Source: Enoplolaimus lenunculus (taxonomy: Eukaryota). From it: a DNA stretch of 64,000 nt. The notes beneath the pieces are model-generated. The model was not told the origin of the DNA, did not search any database, and saw only the letters and a program-made list of their open reading frames with translations. Made by a program: the position numbers and the translations under genes. The stretch is taken from positions 186,001 through 250,000 of the forward strand of contig JASANG010001519.1 of NCBI GenBank assembly GCA_030248215.1, in the 5' to 3' direction. Shown piece by piece: positions 13,216 to 27,220 of this stretch (positions are counted from its first letter, which is position 1; each line of letters starts with the position of its first letter).

Positions 13216-14394
13216 GTGATTGCTATAGTTTTGTTTACAGACGCTCGGATTACAAATCACACCGTCGCAGTCATCATTAGTGACCGTTGCAATAAGTTTT
13301 ATCGACGTTTTAGCGTTGCGTAACTCTTCGTCACATGCGGCACTGGCTTGGTCAGACGATTTAGTTCGAGATACTTTAGATTTCAACGACTTTACAGAAC
13401 AATTTCGTAGTTGGCGCTGTTGATGAAACGCACGCATACGTCTTGCGTGCGCTCGTGTGTGACTCAGTATCAGCAGTGTCAGTACGGATAAAAATGCCAG
13501 CGGTCCTACGATCATAATAATTGTATACAAATAAATATAATAGATGGTATTGTAAATTAAATTTCCACGAAATTCCGTCGGACACACGTCGCTAATGTAT
13601 TCGACGGCGTATCGGTCGAAACAGTGTACAATACGAATTTCGAAAAAATGAGGAACGTTGTATATTAACGAAAGCATAAATACTATGATTAGAACCCGTT
13701 TGGCAATCGTTGGACGGCAGTAAAACGTTGAAAATGCACGCCGCCAACGCCGGTCCATAAAACGGCCTGTGCCTAATCGGCTTGAAGGCTTTCGTAGTGC
13801 TGGCGCAGTCAGCGTCGTAGCGCTTGGGCCTAATTTATGACACGATCGAGCGGTACGGTTGTTGCCCACAGCGGCTATTGCTGAAGTGCCGGTTTGAGCG
13901 GCGTCTTTGAAAGAATTTGTTAGCATATGATATCCATCGCTGCCAAGTACAGTTCCAATATAACAATCAATTGCAGCCGCAACTGTAATATACACTGAAC
14001 ACGTTTGAGCTGTGGTTCCGACCGGATACGCGGTAGTAATTGAAAATAAAAATACACGATGTACAGTGTTTGAGTATTTGCGAAGGGTTTCGAGTGAAAA
14101 CATAAACACTGCCGTTGTGATTGCTACTATATCGCTTGTGGCGAGTGCTGCTAAATATATATTTGCTGATTTTAGCATACTAGGCCGGGTAAGTACGAAC
14201 AACGTAAGACAGTTGCCGAAAATTCCAATTATTGCTAGCACTGGTAGCGTTAAGCCGATCAAAATATAGTTATAGTTGTTGTACGTCATCGCAGCTGGTT
14301 TGCCGGAAAGATTTTGCGTCGGGTATGAGTTGCAGTCAATATCGCAATATAATACGGTTGCGTTTGGCAGTGGTATAATTGTCGGTAATGACAT
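11397..14394 (-). CDS. Class A neuropeptide GPCR, FMRFamide-receptor-like (nematode FRPR type); coding exons 14394-12996 and 11947-11397; 649 aa
   Basis: TM1 GIFGN, TM2 YLAALATSD, TM3 ending AAIDCY (DRY variant), TM4 YNVPHFFE, TM5 VGPL, TM6 VVLFIACN, TM7 NCSVNFVIY. A phase-1 donor T|GTAAGT at 12995 joins a phase-1 acceptor TTTCAG at 11948; 1950 nt in frame. Confidence 0.9.
12244..12440. mobile_element. Family C palindromic MITE in the GPCR intron
   Basis: Same body as the 31459 and 38718 copies. Confidence 0.82.
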
Positions 14395-16328
14395 AGCTAA
14401 TATTGATATTTTGGTGGCTAAATATTGATAATTAGGTTTATTCTAAAATTTATTATGTTTCAGACCAGAATCCTACTCAAATTGACTATTAAACGTTAGC
14501 CATCGATCAGTAAGCTTAAGTTCAAATTTACTGCAAAAGGAATAAACAAGAAGTGACATTTTATTTTTGAATTCAAACGCCTAGAATTCGATTTTCTGCC
14601 GGAGTCTAAGGCAGCACACCTTCAGTTGTACCCTGTAATATACATACAAGTATACTTTAAGTTTGATAGAATATTAATAAAAGTAACCTACTCGATTCAT
14701 TCATTGTATGGAACACAGAAATCGTGGGGTCCCTATCACAGGACGGTAAATTGAAAAATAAACTAAACTGTCTGTAACCGAATGGCAGGGCTACCAATTA
14801 TCCGGCGAAATAAACATCGCCATCTCTGGCTTCGAATCTTACCTTGAAATTACGTCTCATTTGAAATTGAAAATATTCATGTGAGAAACGGTTAAACTTT
14901 TTTCTGTTGGGTCTTAAGTTTGGTCCTGGCTTACTCTTATGCTTATCTTTATCCTGAGACTTTTAGGCTAAGACTTATTCTATAGAAATACACAACTGTC
15001 GCTGTCATTATCTATAGAAGTGTCATAAAACTCGCAGTAAAATAAGTTTACACTCTCTGCACTGATATTACAATTCAATACACGCAAGTTGAAAATATAA
15101 AAAAATTAAAGTTTGTTTCATTCGAACTTAAACCCCTTGGACACGCTGACCATCGTTCGAAAAATTTTGGGGTGGTTCCTACATCACTATACAAAATATT
15201 CGAATACATACCACATATATCTAGACACCATAGTATGGTGTTCTTTTGCCGAAGGCCGTGTCCCGTCTCCCTAACCCATTCACAGGCAACTTGAGATATA
15301 TTTGTCGTGTGATAAACAAGGTTAGAATCTTGTTTGCTGACCTTTTCAGGTAAAAAATAGCAAACTGTTTATAATGCGTTTTATTGAATAACAGTTTTAA
15401 ATACAACTTGATCGCTGAACCTTTGAGCAGGTGATATTGTTGAAAAAATTGTCGTTTTAATAACCGAAATATGTAGAAATTCTAAAGAAGTCTTCCTGTT
15501 GAATGTGCTAAGGACACCGCATATGTTTGGTTCAATTTTAAGTCGTTTTAAGCTTAGGCCCGCGCTGAAACATACGAGATACAAATTGCAATTTAGTATT
15601 GACCGTAGTATATGCGAATGCAATCAATAAATTTCAGTTCCGGACGCAATATTCTCGGGCAAAACAACATTTTCTGATCCCATAAGCATGGTTAATCTAA
15701 AACCTTAAATGTAAATTTTTTACTTGTTTCGAGAAATTTTATAAGGCCTTTAATATATCCCCTCTATCTATACCTACGCCTCAAGCAAATGGTTCATAAC
15801 GGTGTTAAAGTGACTGAGATAATTTGTATATATAATAACATGATTTTAATTATATACTAGTGTTTTTGAAAGCTATAGGTCTGCTTATTGAAGTAGGTCG
15901 GATTTGTCGTTTAGAAAAATTCATATCATTTAAAAAATTTTCGGCGAGCGAGTTTAGCAAGCAAAAATTTCTTAAATTTTACGATACAGTGAGTTATTCT
16001 AAATCATGATAATCTAAAAAATAGGTTGTCTATGTTATTAGTAAAAACGAATAGCTAAAATAATTTTGCGTGTTAGTTCTACGAACTGGGTGATAATTTC
16101 AGCTTTACCTGCCATTTTTTATACATCTTTACTAAATATAACATTGGACTTTGACCGAAAAAAACTGAACTCGCCAGCTTATATTTCTTGAAGCTGCCGA
16201 GACAGCCAGCAACAAACTGGTAAATCAAAACCAAATGCCTAATAAACCAGTAACATACACTTATTACTTAAATTTTATGTAGTTGCCTTTATTTAAATTT
16301 TATGTAGTTGCCATGTCATACTAAAGAC

Positions 16329-16498
16329 GACCAATGCTACTTTTACGACCGTAACAGTAGATTAAGCGTATTCCTAAGCCTAAGCCTAAGCCTAAGCCTA
16401 AACCTAAGCCTAAGCATAAGCAAAAAATGTCAAGAAGGTAAGTCTACTCTTTTACAGACCCACCAGAAACCTGGACGCCTCTTAATGTAACATGGGCC
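16329..16498. mobile_element. TTAGGC MITE family A
   Basis: Family A body; TSD CTAAAGAC/GTAAAGAC. Confidence 0.85.
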
Positions 16499-16961
16499 GT
16501 AAAGACAATAGTTACAAATGGTGATTGAACACTGTAATACAATTAAAACTGGTAGTTTGGTTCTGTTAATAATATTAAATTTGTGACCAAACCAAAGAAT
16601 GTATAAAAAAGAATGTATGGCTCATAAATTAAAGCTCTATTCACACGTGCAAGTTTTTGCGTTAAAAACTTAAACGTGCAACTTGCATGTACAAGTTTAG
16701 TCACAAAGCAGCTTTTAAGTTCTTTCAGCTGCAAATTATTCACTGGAATTCATGCTACTGAATTTAATTGACACCTGTGAACGCAGTTGCAAATCGCTTG
16801 AATTTATTGCACCTACTGTTTGATTGGTCAATCGGAATGTTCCTCTACAATTCGCAATTCAGGTTAAGGCCAACAACACGGATCAAAGCCGTAACCGAAG
16901 AACTACAAACTTTAGCGTAAACCTAAGTTTGTTTACAGTTTCTTTTCTAATTAAAGATTTA

Positions 16962-17379
16962 TTGTAGAGACCCGAATAAGACGGGGGGCGGAACTGATAT
17001 TTATTTGGACTCTCCAGAGGGTACCCCCTGTTATTCGGTTGCGGACTGTTATTTAGTTTCAACCAGCCCTCCGCTATCCTTCGTTACTGATATTATATCC
17101 GGTATTGCAACTATCCGTTGAATTAAACGTTTTTTGAGCGTTAATGCAAGGTTATATACTTTCAAAACTTAAGTACGCTTTAATGTTTCGGACTCAACTG
17201 TATTTGGTACTGGAGTCATTTATGCGCTACAATTAGAAATAATTAACATTTATGGACTCTGATTAGGGTTTAGGGACTCTATATGCTTACAGGCTCTTAT
17301 TAGGGGCAGGAACTCCTATTGATTGGGACTCAAAATAGGGATCCCCTCTTATTACCCCCTCTTATTCGGGTCACTACAG
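16962..17379. mobile_element. TA-flanked MITE family E (Tc1/mariner-pogo-like)
   Basis: TIR CTGTAGTGACCCGAATAAGAGG; TA flanks. Confidence 0.85.
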
Positions 17380-17850
17380 TATCTCCGTTGTTTTCATAAC
17401 ATTTTAGCGTAAAAATAGAAACAAAACAATATTTAAACTGCTTATAATTTTAGGAAGTATAATAAATGTTAGCAATAAGGAAGTTCGGGTTTTACCAAAT
17501 CTACACAGATATCAGTTGCTATAGGGTATTTGTTCAAAACCTAAAACGCTCTTGTACACTTCGCGATATGCGGGACATTATTAAAAATGTGACATATCGC
17601 AAAGAAAAATACAGCATAATCTATTAAAAATATAAGTTCCATGCACAAATATGTTGTATCTGCTGCCGATAATATGAAGGCTAAACTCAATTCGGCGTTT
17701 TGGTCAATAAGATAAAGGTTGAAGCCGTGGTTGACGCGTTGGTTAGCAAAAAACAGTCCAGGACGAATGCAAGGGACGGGTGAGCATGGTTAAAGCCCTA
17801 GCGATTTGTGTCCAGGGACTTTAGCTAGTTTTGTAGTTGCTATTAACACA

Positions 17851-18115
17851 CTAGCGGATCTAGAGGGGGGCGGGTGGTGGCGTACGTCACCCCCTTCAGA
17901 ATGTTTTGTGATAAAATGGTAAGGTCTCCTTTAAGTCACGATTTTCCCCATCAGAAAAGTTTTTGGCGATTAAATGATAAGCTCGTTACCTTACAATTTT
18001 TCCACCTCAAAAATTTTTTTGGTCATAAAATCATAAGCTATTGACCTTACAATTTTTGCGTTTCATAACGTTTGTCACCCCGTCTGACTGTCATATTTTG
18101 TTTGATCCGTAGCTG
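17851..18115. mobile_element. hAT-like MITE
   Basis: ..GCGGATC / GATCCGTAGCTG ends; TSD TTAACACA/TTAACGCA. Confidence 0.65.
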
Positions 18116-19614
18116 TTAACGCAAGAAACTTTTTTCTTTGGAATTTTTTATCGAACGTAACCTCACCGTCTTCTTGCAAAATTTTGACTACACCACTGAA
18201 AACGGCTTAGCTTTTGTGAAAATAAAACTAAAAAGTCGAAAAAAAACATATTTTATCTTGAAGTAAATGCACCTTTTACAAACTGGTTACTGAAATCCTA
18301 TAGCAGATTATAAACGTGACTTTAGTTGGCCTTTGTCTTCACAATTTAACGTTGGCTTAAAATAAAAGCTTTTAAGCTATAATTTATTGCAATACTGGAA
18401 CTTAAGGCTTAACCTTAGAATGAATGCAATCTTTTGTTATTAACCTTCGCTTTTACCTCAAAGTTTCGCTATTTGCATCGTCGCTAGATTGTTAGAAAAT
18501 GCTGCTACCAAATCATCATCAATAATCCTGAAATTTTAAAATTTTAAATTTCACAACGAAAATGTTGAAAAATGTCCCACAGCTAACACTTAAATTATAC
18601 TCTGTTTTGCTCTAAAACGCGGTCGAAAAGCTGATAGCAAATCGGCCGTTGTGTTGAACAAAAATAAAACTATATACACTGCAAATAATGCTGACTCAAA
18701 TTGACTTTCTCTGAAATAGACTTTTCCGGACAAATGGTGACTCAAATTGACTCTCTCCGAAATATGATTTTCCGGACTACATAAACTGAGTCAAATTTAG
18801 ACTCCGCCAGAGTCCAACTTGTTGAACTTAATATTTTGCGATATTTGCTAAAATCCTTAAATGGTATTAAGTCAAAATCTAATTGGTTAGCGGAATAATA
18901 TACTTTCTGCAAAAAAACGCTATTTAAAATACAAAGGTTGTCATTTGCAGTTGCAGGCCGAGCGCAATTCATAGAACTGCAATCACTAAAGTGACGCAGC
19001 AGCGGTGGGGCCGCCTTGTATATTTTGCAGTTGCAGAATTTTGCAAACGATGCAAAATTGAAAGCATACTTTATATGTTGAAAATTCTACTAAAATTGCA
19101 TTTGGCTTCTTGTTCGGTTTGCTCACCAGGTTTCTTCCACTGTTATATATTCAACTTCAACGCATGCGCTCCGTGTTTTTAGACCAAATGATGCTCCATT
19201 AACCACTTATTCTATTTCACCTTTCATGAAACAATTCCTTCTATAACAAATGTTGCTTTGGTCTTCATAAGGCAAACTATCTTAGCGAATTTTAACAGAA
19301 ACGCTATTATGTTACTGTCGGTAAAGCCCTTTTCACACATGCAAGACTTTGCTGCGATAACTGGCGAGCTGCAAGTTTTTCCAATGGGATTTTAGACAAA
19401 ACTTGCAAGTGCAAGTTGCGGCTGCAAGTTCTCACAGGAAACCACTTGTACGTGTGAATAGGGCTTAAAGCAAGTTTAACAATTTTGTCAAGAACAGACC
19501 AGCCACGCAACCATGAAATATGGTAACAGACGTAATAGAAGATGTCTCGGACGAACTGATAAAATTTTGCTAACGTTGTATTTTCTAAATTCCACCAAAG
19601 TCTATTCCAACACG

Positions 19615-19828
19615 GGCCCATGTAAAAGATCAGGGGTGGAACGTTATTCTGTGTGACTAGAATAGAATAAGCTTAAGTTTTAGACTAATTATTTTGCTTG
19701 GCTTAGGCTTAGGTTTAGATTTCGGCTTAGGAATAAACTCATTCTTACGCTTAGGCTACGGCTTTAGCTTAGGCTCAGGCTTAGAAATAAGCTTAAAATA
19801 CTGTTCCCCCCTGTTCTTTACGTTGGCC
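19615..19828. mobile_element. TTAGGC MITE family B (opposite orientation)
   Basis: GGCCCATGTAAAAGA...CTTTACGTTGGCC; TSD CCAACACG/CCAACGCG. Confidence 0.87.
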
Positions 19829-20745
19829 CCAACGCGTAAGACATTACCTTTGCGTTCGCCAACAGCTATGGCGTTGAAAAAGACACTGAGTTTACAATAT
19901 TTTGATTTCTTTCTAAAACGCTGTAAAAATCGAAAATAGCGTCAAAGTGAGTGATCAAAATCGCCGCACCAGAATCTGCTAGATTTGATAGCTATCTAAG
20001 TTTAGGTTTACAACTGGTTAGATAAAAACGATGCTTTAAATATGTATATAGTGATCTGGCATAATGAAGCAAAATGTCAGCTTATACAAAATAGTTTGGT
20101 ACACGAAAAATTTCTGGTGACTGGCTAACGGTAAATTTTCTTGTCAGGTTTCAAAACCTAAAGTCATCAACAGTTGCGTGTGACCTAACGACATATTGAG
20201 GTTGAAACGGTGCCGTGTAAATCTTAATGTTCAAATAAATTGGCATTCTTGTAGTTTCGTCTATGCATCGTTATGGACCTCATCTATGCATTGACAAGAA
20301 AATATATGCTTGCACTACTGTTTTGACCCACAGCTATATATAGGAGCCGTTTGTGGGGTGAAGTTTTCCACTGTGCCAGGAAGGACTGCAAAAGTGGCAC
20401 TAAAATTGAATATTTGCTTTAAAATATGATTTAAAAACTGTAAATTTTTCAAACGTAAAAAGTATACTCCGTCGCCTGAAAATACAGGGATCAGCCACTG
20501 TGTTGACAGCGATAACAAATCACAACTTTTCATCAAACTTAATATTTTATATTGTTCAATTATTTTAAAAATTTATATTTCAATTTAAAATAAGCCAAAA
20601 AGGCCTTTTTTCGAAAAATTATTTCATTTCAGCGTAAAACCTAAGTGTCATAATGTTTGAAAATATATTTTGATCAACGTCTGTAAGAAAAGTATATATA
20701 ACATTTTAAAAATTAATCTATGAATATCGGACAAATTATAACCAA

Positions 20746-21083
20746 GAGTGTATGATACTCTTTAACAGGAGTATGCAACTGGGTACATTCTGATCAGAAA
20801 AGAATGCACCCAGCACGCGTTGCATTTTTGCCTTACCCCCGTTTATCTGGGGTGATTCAAAATCTTCATTGATGCTGAAATTCATTATGCTGTTGCATAT
20901 GTTGAAAAGTAGTGATCCTAATATATTTTCGGTGTTCGTTGGCCATTACACGTGTAACGAACGTAAAATTCACCCACCCCCCAAAGTGAGGGAGTAGGAC
21001 CGAATCGCCACGAGCGCTTGTAAATTTAGTTCCATGCCAAACAAGGGTTTTTGCATACTCTTATTTAACGGAATCATCGACTC
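20746..21083. mobile_element. Possible TIR element (imperfect ~35-bp inverted ends)
   Basis: GAGTGTATGATACTCTTTAACAGGAGTATGCAA versus TTGCATACTCTTATTTAACGGAATCATCGACTC. Confidence 0.5.
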
Positions 21084-21794
21084 TTGCCATAACTAAACTT
21101 ATTTTGAGTAGCCAAAATTTGTTGGTCGAAAAAAATGTGTAAACTTCATGTAAAACTATTTTGACCCTTCACCATCCAGAAGGTTATTTTAACCTAAAGC
21201 TCCGCTTTATATACTCTCCGTCCATATTCCGTCTATTTGAATATTGTATATACCTCTGTCACTAACTCGGCGTGTATTATTGGAAATTTAATTTATTATA
21301 ATGCCGATGTGAAAAATTCGATGCGAAAATTGTCGTGTGAATTAATTCTACGAACAGCCACAACCACATTGGTAAACCGCCGACAGGTATGTACAAAACG
21401 GGTATGGTTGAACTACATGGAATTGTCTAAGCAAACGATTATCAAGGTAAAAAACATTGCTTAAAGGTATTTCTGTCGTCTTATTATACGTTTTGCACTA
21501 AAGTCCCGCTCGAACGTCTCTAACCTATAATTCTGACTGCGTCCATGATAACATTTGAATTGAAATAGCAGGCAAAATAACAAGATTTCAAAGAGTAGTG
21601 TGCATAAAAAAATTAGTGCGCTTTATAGACAATCAGAGCATTGTAACAAATATACCGTTGTTAACGTCTATTAAAAAATAAAGTAAAAAAACACAATAAA
21701 AATGTTATTAATAAAAATAAATTTATTTTTGAAAATCCAAAAATTGGGGAGTGAAATGTCAATCAGTATCTAGCTTCAAATTGTTCGAAAATCT

Positions 21795-21997
21795 GGCCAA
21801 TGTAAAGGACAGGGGTGGAACAGTATTATAAGCATATTCCTAAGCCTATGCCTTAAGTCTAAGCCTAAGCCTAAGCGTAAGAATGAGTTTATTCCTAAGC
21901 CTAAACCTAAATCAAGCAAAAAATTAGTCTAAAGCCTAAACTTGCTCTATTCTAGTTCCACAGAAAAACCGTTCCGCCCCTTATCTTTACATGGGCT
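21795..21997. mobile_element. TTAGGC MITE family B
   Basis: Exact TSD GAAAATCT. Confidence 0.88.
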
Positions 21998-23973
21998 GAA
22001 AATCTTAAGAAGGTATTAATATCGAAATTTCTAACCGTTACGTAACTTATATTTGCGTCGTCATCAAATTCCAATGAAAACGTATCGCCGTAATTATCAA
22101 CAGTTCACGATTTTTACCTTAAAACAACGTTGGTCAATCTGTTAGTCGGGCCAATTACTTAATAGTCTAGGTCAAATTGCTATTGTCAGCAAATAGTAAT
22201 TATAAACTATGTCATAGAGCAATTGGAAAACGTATCAGATTAAGAGTAAAGTGAAAAAACTGAATTGAAGGCAATGGATGAAGAAATATAGTCAGTTAAT
22301 TAGCTAAGCGTTACAGCTAAAATGCGAGAATGAACTCTAAACAGCGATTTTTGGCCAAAAATGCAACATTTTTTGAAGGTTTCCTCTATCCAGTATTCTT
22401 AGTGTTTTAGTAGAATTAATACCAGCCACAAACCTCTGGCAATTAAGCCATATTTTACCAGTTAAAGACACATTATTTCGTTTCAACTACAGTTAGCTTT
22501 AACGGCAACACTATTCCTGTTGATATTGTTCGTTAACTTGTACGTCTTGCGTGTTCTAAGTATTAACGTCTAATCGAACTAATTTTGCTAAAAATGCCTA
22601 TAGACAAGATAGACGAGATCGAAATAGCTATGTAAATATTTAATGAAAATTAGATACGAAGCGTCATTTTGTTAGCAAGTTCAGCCAGCCAAACTATACA
22701 TAATTATCTTCTTTAAGCGTATATATCTCGTACAGGGGTTCAATCCCTTATCATAATCGGTACTAGTGTCGGATCCAGATATTTCGGACGGGTGGCCATC
22801 CGCGATATTCCTATTATAGTGAAAACCACTTGTGAACCATGTTATAGGCGAGAAGGCAAACGCAATTTTAGCGTAAACGCAATTTTAGCACTAAATCTTA
22901 ATACAAATGTTTGGTTTAGTCCGCGTTCGAACTGAGCACAGAACGCATGTCTGTTTTATTTGATGTGGACGGCAGTTTTCAACAACATATTTCGATTTTA
23001 CAAACTTCAACGGACAATTTGGCTTGCGAATGCTACTAGCTATGTGATCACCAAAAATATTGTACCCTTGAGACTATAAAAATTATTACAATAAAAAAAG
23101 CCGCATATAAACTTTGCATTCCATATTTACCGCATGTGCGCATATTTCGCCAGTTTTATTGGCGTTCGTTTCATGTTTTCATGACATAAAAAGTTTTATT
23201 TTGATCAGCAAAAATATACCATATTTGACTTAATATGTTCGCAACCCCAAAACAACCCTGAACTATTAATGTCCTATGAGACCAACTTGAACAACATATA
23301 TTTCGTTTACTTTGGGGGTAATGTTCCTGCGGTCAAAACTTACAAAACTTTTATACATATCGCCCCAAATGAGAACCATATGCGGTGTGACGAAACGTTT
23401 TGAACGCTCCTGTTTTTTACCTCAAAACCAAAGGGAGAGCCGTGGTCATCTGGCCTACCGAACCACTGCTCGATGGGCTGGTCGGAATTTGGGCCACAAA
23501 AATATTATGGTTAAATAATAATTTCTCCAGTAGCGGTGGCGCGGTTTAGGCAAAATTCTAAAGCCAATTTATTGTAGCAGCTGTCGGTTCCATGCTCAAT
23601 ATACCCAAAGCAAAATATGCAAACTGTAATTGTACCCTATGCCAAAAGATGAAGTCTATTAATTTAGGTTCAAAAAATTCATTTTGAGTCCCAGTTGGGC
23701 GCTGTGATTAACTATGAAAAATTGGTCAAAAATTACTACCACATATTTGGTTTTCAAGTTTGACGTGAGAGTGCCTAGAATATACGCTGAGTGCCACAAT
23801 CTCAGGCAAGCAACAACTACGAGACACCGTCGAATCAAACTGTGTTTTCAATGCGGCCGGTCAGACCCGTAATCACAATGGCGCAAGGGGAATGTTTGCA
23901 CCCGCTTTGAAAATTTCAATATTTTATAAAATAAGAGTGTGTGTGTGTTCTGTTTGATATTTATTACAAAATT

Positions 23974-24134
23974 GGCCAATGTTAATTTCAGGGGCGGAAC
24001 AGTAGATTAAGCGTATTCCTAAGCCTAAGCTTAATCCTAAGCCTTAGGCTAAGGAAAAAATGTAATCTAGAATCTAAACGTTCTCTTTTACAGACCCACC
24101 AGGAACCTGGACGCGACTAAATGTAATATGGGCC
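23974..24134. mobile_element. TTAGGC MITE family A
   Basis: GGCCAATGTTA...TAATATGGGCC with family A body; TSD degraded. Confidence 0.8.
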
Positions 24135-24406
24135 AAACAATCATGGACTCGTTTACCGTGGCATATACTTCACCATGAGGGCGCTTGTTGCAAGTCTCTT
24201 TTCCGTCCTTCTATTTTGGTGTCTATGTGCGTAGCTCAAAATGCAGTACCAGAGTTAAAAGTAGTTTTTACTCAGTGATTTACCGCCATTAGCGTGAATG
24301 ACACGTTTACTCAGAAAACATCGCATTGTGTTTGCTTAAAAACAATAATTGAAAATTTCTTCTGTTAAATAAAGTTTATAAAAGTTTGACGCGATAATTT
24401 TTAGTA

Positions 24407-24622
24407 CACTGCAAAAAATGGTGAATCAAAGTGACTCTCTCCGAAATACGCTTTTCGGGACAACACAAACTGAGTCAAATTCTACGCTGCCAAAGTCAAA
24501 CGTGCGAGCGACTCAGTTAATCGAATTTGATCCTGGCGAAATCGAATTTTGACTCAATTTGTGTAGTCCAGAAACGCCTATTTCGGAGAGAGTCAATTTG
24601 AGAATCACCATTTTTTGCAGTG
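24407..24622. mobile_element. Family C palindromic MITE
   Basis: TA-CACTGCAAAAAATGGTGA...TCACCATTTTTTGCAGTG-TA. Confidence 0.88.
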
Positions 24623-24932
24623 TACAAACAAATACACGTTGACACGATTGCGATGTTTTACATGACAGATGTCATTATTGAAACGTTTATAAACCTGATA
24701 TATCAGACCACGCACCGGAAGTCATGGTTGGTCATTAGACAATTCATTTTTCAAATCAACCAAAATAATATGAACCACACCTTTAAGACGCAAAAACAAA
24801 AACAAGTGTCTGGCATTTGGCAAACCCTGAGCGTCTTAGTTATCAATTACGGGCGAGGAGATTGTTATCAATAGTGAAAACAGTAAAACACCATGATGTA
24901 TATTTTGGTGCGCATCTTAACACATAGGTCTA

Positions 24933-25072
24933 CAGCTTGGAAGAGCCTATTCCTAAGCGTAAGCGTAAGCCTAAGCCTAAGCCTAAGCAAAAAAATAAGT
25001 CTAAAGCTTATTAAACTGACTCTATTATAGCCCCTCTGGAAAACGATCCGGCCCTGTTCTATAAATAGGCGG
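24933..25072. mobile_element. TTAGGC MITE family B, internally deleted
   Basis: GCCTAA array and family B right end; flanks AGGTCTAC/AGGTCTAT. Confidence 0.7.
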
Positions 25073-25139
25073 AGGTCTATAGGATGTGTTACAAAAAGAA
25101 AATTTTAGGAGTCGCCCTGGGTTTGGATACCGTTTTGTA

Positions 25140-25393
25140 CACTGTAAACTCTGATGAGTTGATTAAATCAACTCAGAGAGAGAATTAGGTTTTTTTTTCG
25201 CCATTTCTGTGTTAACAACAGTAAATATTTACTCACTCTGAGTTGATTTAATTCCGAGCCAGTTGGTAAATTAACTCAGAATGAGTTCAATCAATTTAGA
25301 AACCTGAGTTCTGAAAGACGTAATTTAGCGCTCAGGCTTGTGAGTGGATTCAACTCATTCTGAGTTGAAATCAACTCACTTGAATTTACAGTG
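25140..25393. mobile_element. CACTG-ended MITE family D
   Basis: TA-CACTGTAAA...TTTACAGTG-TA. Confidence 0.82.
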
Positions 25394-26261
25394 TAAACAG
25401 TAGAGGTGTTTCCTAAAAAATTAAAATACGCAACGGCAGATAGTCATTTCTGCCATGGCCATAGCTTAGGACAGTAAAGTTTCCAAAAATTCCAGTAACA
25501 CAATGTCTACTTGCTTTAATATTGAAAGTTACACTGATTAAGCAAATATTTGAGCATATACGTTGTATATGTGCAAACTGTTACAACTATTCAGCCAAAA
25601 TAATATACCGTTAAGCCCTATTCACACGTGTAAATTTTTGCCACGAGAACTTGCACCTGCCAACTGTACGCAGAACATGCATTTTTTTATCAACCAATGA
25701 GAAAGCGGCTGCAATAAGTGAACTTGCTTGGTTGTCTACATATATGAACTAAATTTTTTGATTTTTAATAAATTATTTGCAGCTGCAAATTTTTCGAATA
25801 GAGTTTGAACAAAACTCAGCAACAACATACACGTGTGAATAGAGCTTAAGTTTTTTAATGTTCAATTTGCATAGCAAAATTTTCAGCACTTCAGGACTGT
25901 CTGAAAGATGCGTTCCATAAAATTTAGTCTATCACAGGCATAGTTTGACGTAAAGTATATTTTAATGAGAAATACACGGACATAAAGATTGGATGAAAGA
26001 AAAATGTAGCCAGATTGAATGTAGAAAATGCGACTTTAAGTGCACCACAAGGGGTTTATGATGTTGACATTTCAATAGAACCGAATCCTCTTGAAAAACT
26101 TGACGAATCAGGTTGATGCGTGTGTCTAAATCAACAGCAAACAAATTAAAAATTGACTGATGAAAGACCATAGAAGGAATGAATACCAAAGCGAGAATAA
26201 CGAGATATATCTCTTCGGAATTTTTTAAGAACACAAGAAACAACTTTCCAGCTTGCATTAA

Positions 26262-26525
26262 CCCTTTCTCACATGGATATTTTCAATTTCTTGAGATGCA
26301 CTTTCAAGGTAAGATTCGATCCACAGTCTATCGGGTGGGAGGCGTTTACGATGACCACTCAGCTATAGGAGCTTGACGCTCGAACCCGAGGGAGCTCTCA
26401 CGTATTGTAGAGATGTTGCACTGCAATATATTTTAGAATTGTTAAACACCACTGCTCACAATGTCTGTGTTGCTCATATATTATTGTATTTAGTTGCATC
26501 ATAGTATACTCTATGAGTTGAAGGG
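26262..26525. mobile_element. piggyBac-like MITE family G (other copies 59626-59884, ~36180-36405, minimal copy 36468-36500)
   Basis: TTAA-CCCTTTCTCACAT...AAGGG-TTA; shared core AGCTATAGGAGCTTGACGCTCG. Confidence 0.75.
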
Positions 26526-26849
26526 TTATAGATAAAAAGAATTTTTCCTTTAAAATACTTCAAGATTTTAATACTAAAATACTGCTGCCAGGCGGTAACA
26601 TCTTTGAGAAAATTTATATCGCGAAGATCAGTAACAGACACATCAAGTTGAATAGGATATTCGGAACTAGCCGTGGAAATACAGTTTACAAAGCTTAATG
26701 GACACCGTTACACATGCATTCGGAGCAGGCAATAGGTCATTCCATGTGTACGATTGCCGTTCACATTTGCGTAGGCAGGACTTCATTTCTGGAGGGTATG
26801 AACGAAATGTGAACGAATGTTGGTCAGCAACGGTCATAAGTGAAATTTT

Positions 26850-27220
26850 AAATTTCGTTACATATCCTACTGGGATCAAATCTTGGATTTATTTCCACTC
26901 CCCAAACCTAAAAAAAACAAACCCCAACCAACCCCACCCAAACAAAACCACCCCCAAACAAAACCCAAAAAACCCACAACCCCACCACCCCCCAACCCCC
27001 CCCCCCCCCCAGATATGCAGTAAAGCAGTTAAATTTTACATTTCGTTACATATCCTACTGGGATCAAATCTTGGGATATGCAGTAAAGTAAAGTTAAATT
27101 TTACATTTCGTTACATATCCTACTGGGATCAAATCTTGGGATATGCAGTAAAGCGAAGTTAAATTTTACATTTCGCTACATATCCTACCGGATTCAAATC
27201 CTGGGCTATGCAGTAAAGCG
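26850..27220. repeat. ~65-bp tandem repeat (about 3.5 units) interrupted by an A/C-only tract
   Basis: Unit AAATTTTACATTTCGTTACATATCCTACTGGGATCAAATCTTGGGATATGCAGTAAAG. Confidence 0.85.

Noticed and set aside
26895..27010. A/C-only tract with a Pro/Asn/Lys-rich ORF
   Set aside because: Aperiodic loss of G and T in the middle of a tandem repeat looks like a base-calling or assembly artefact; it needs a raw-read check.
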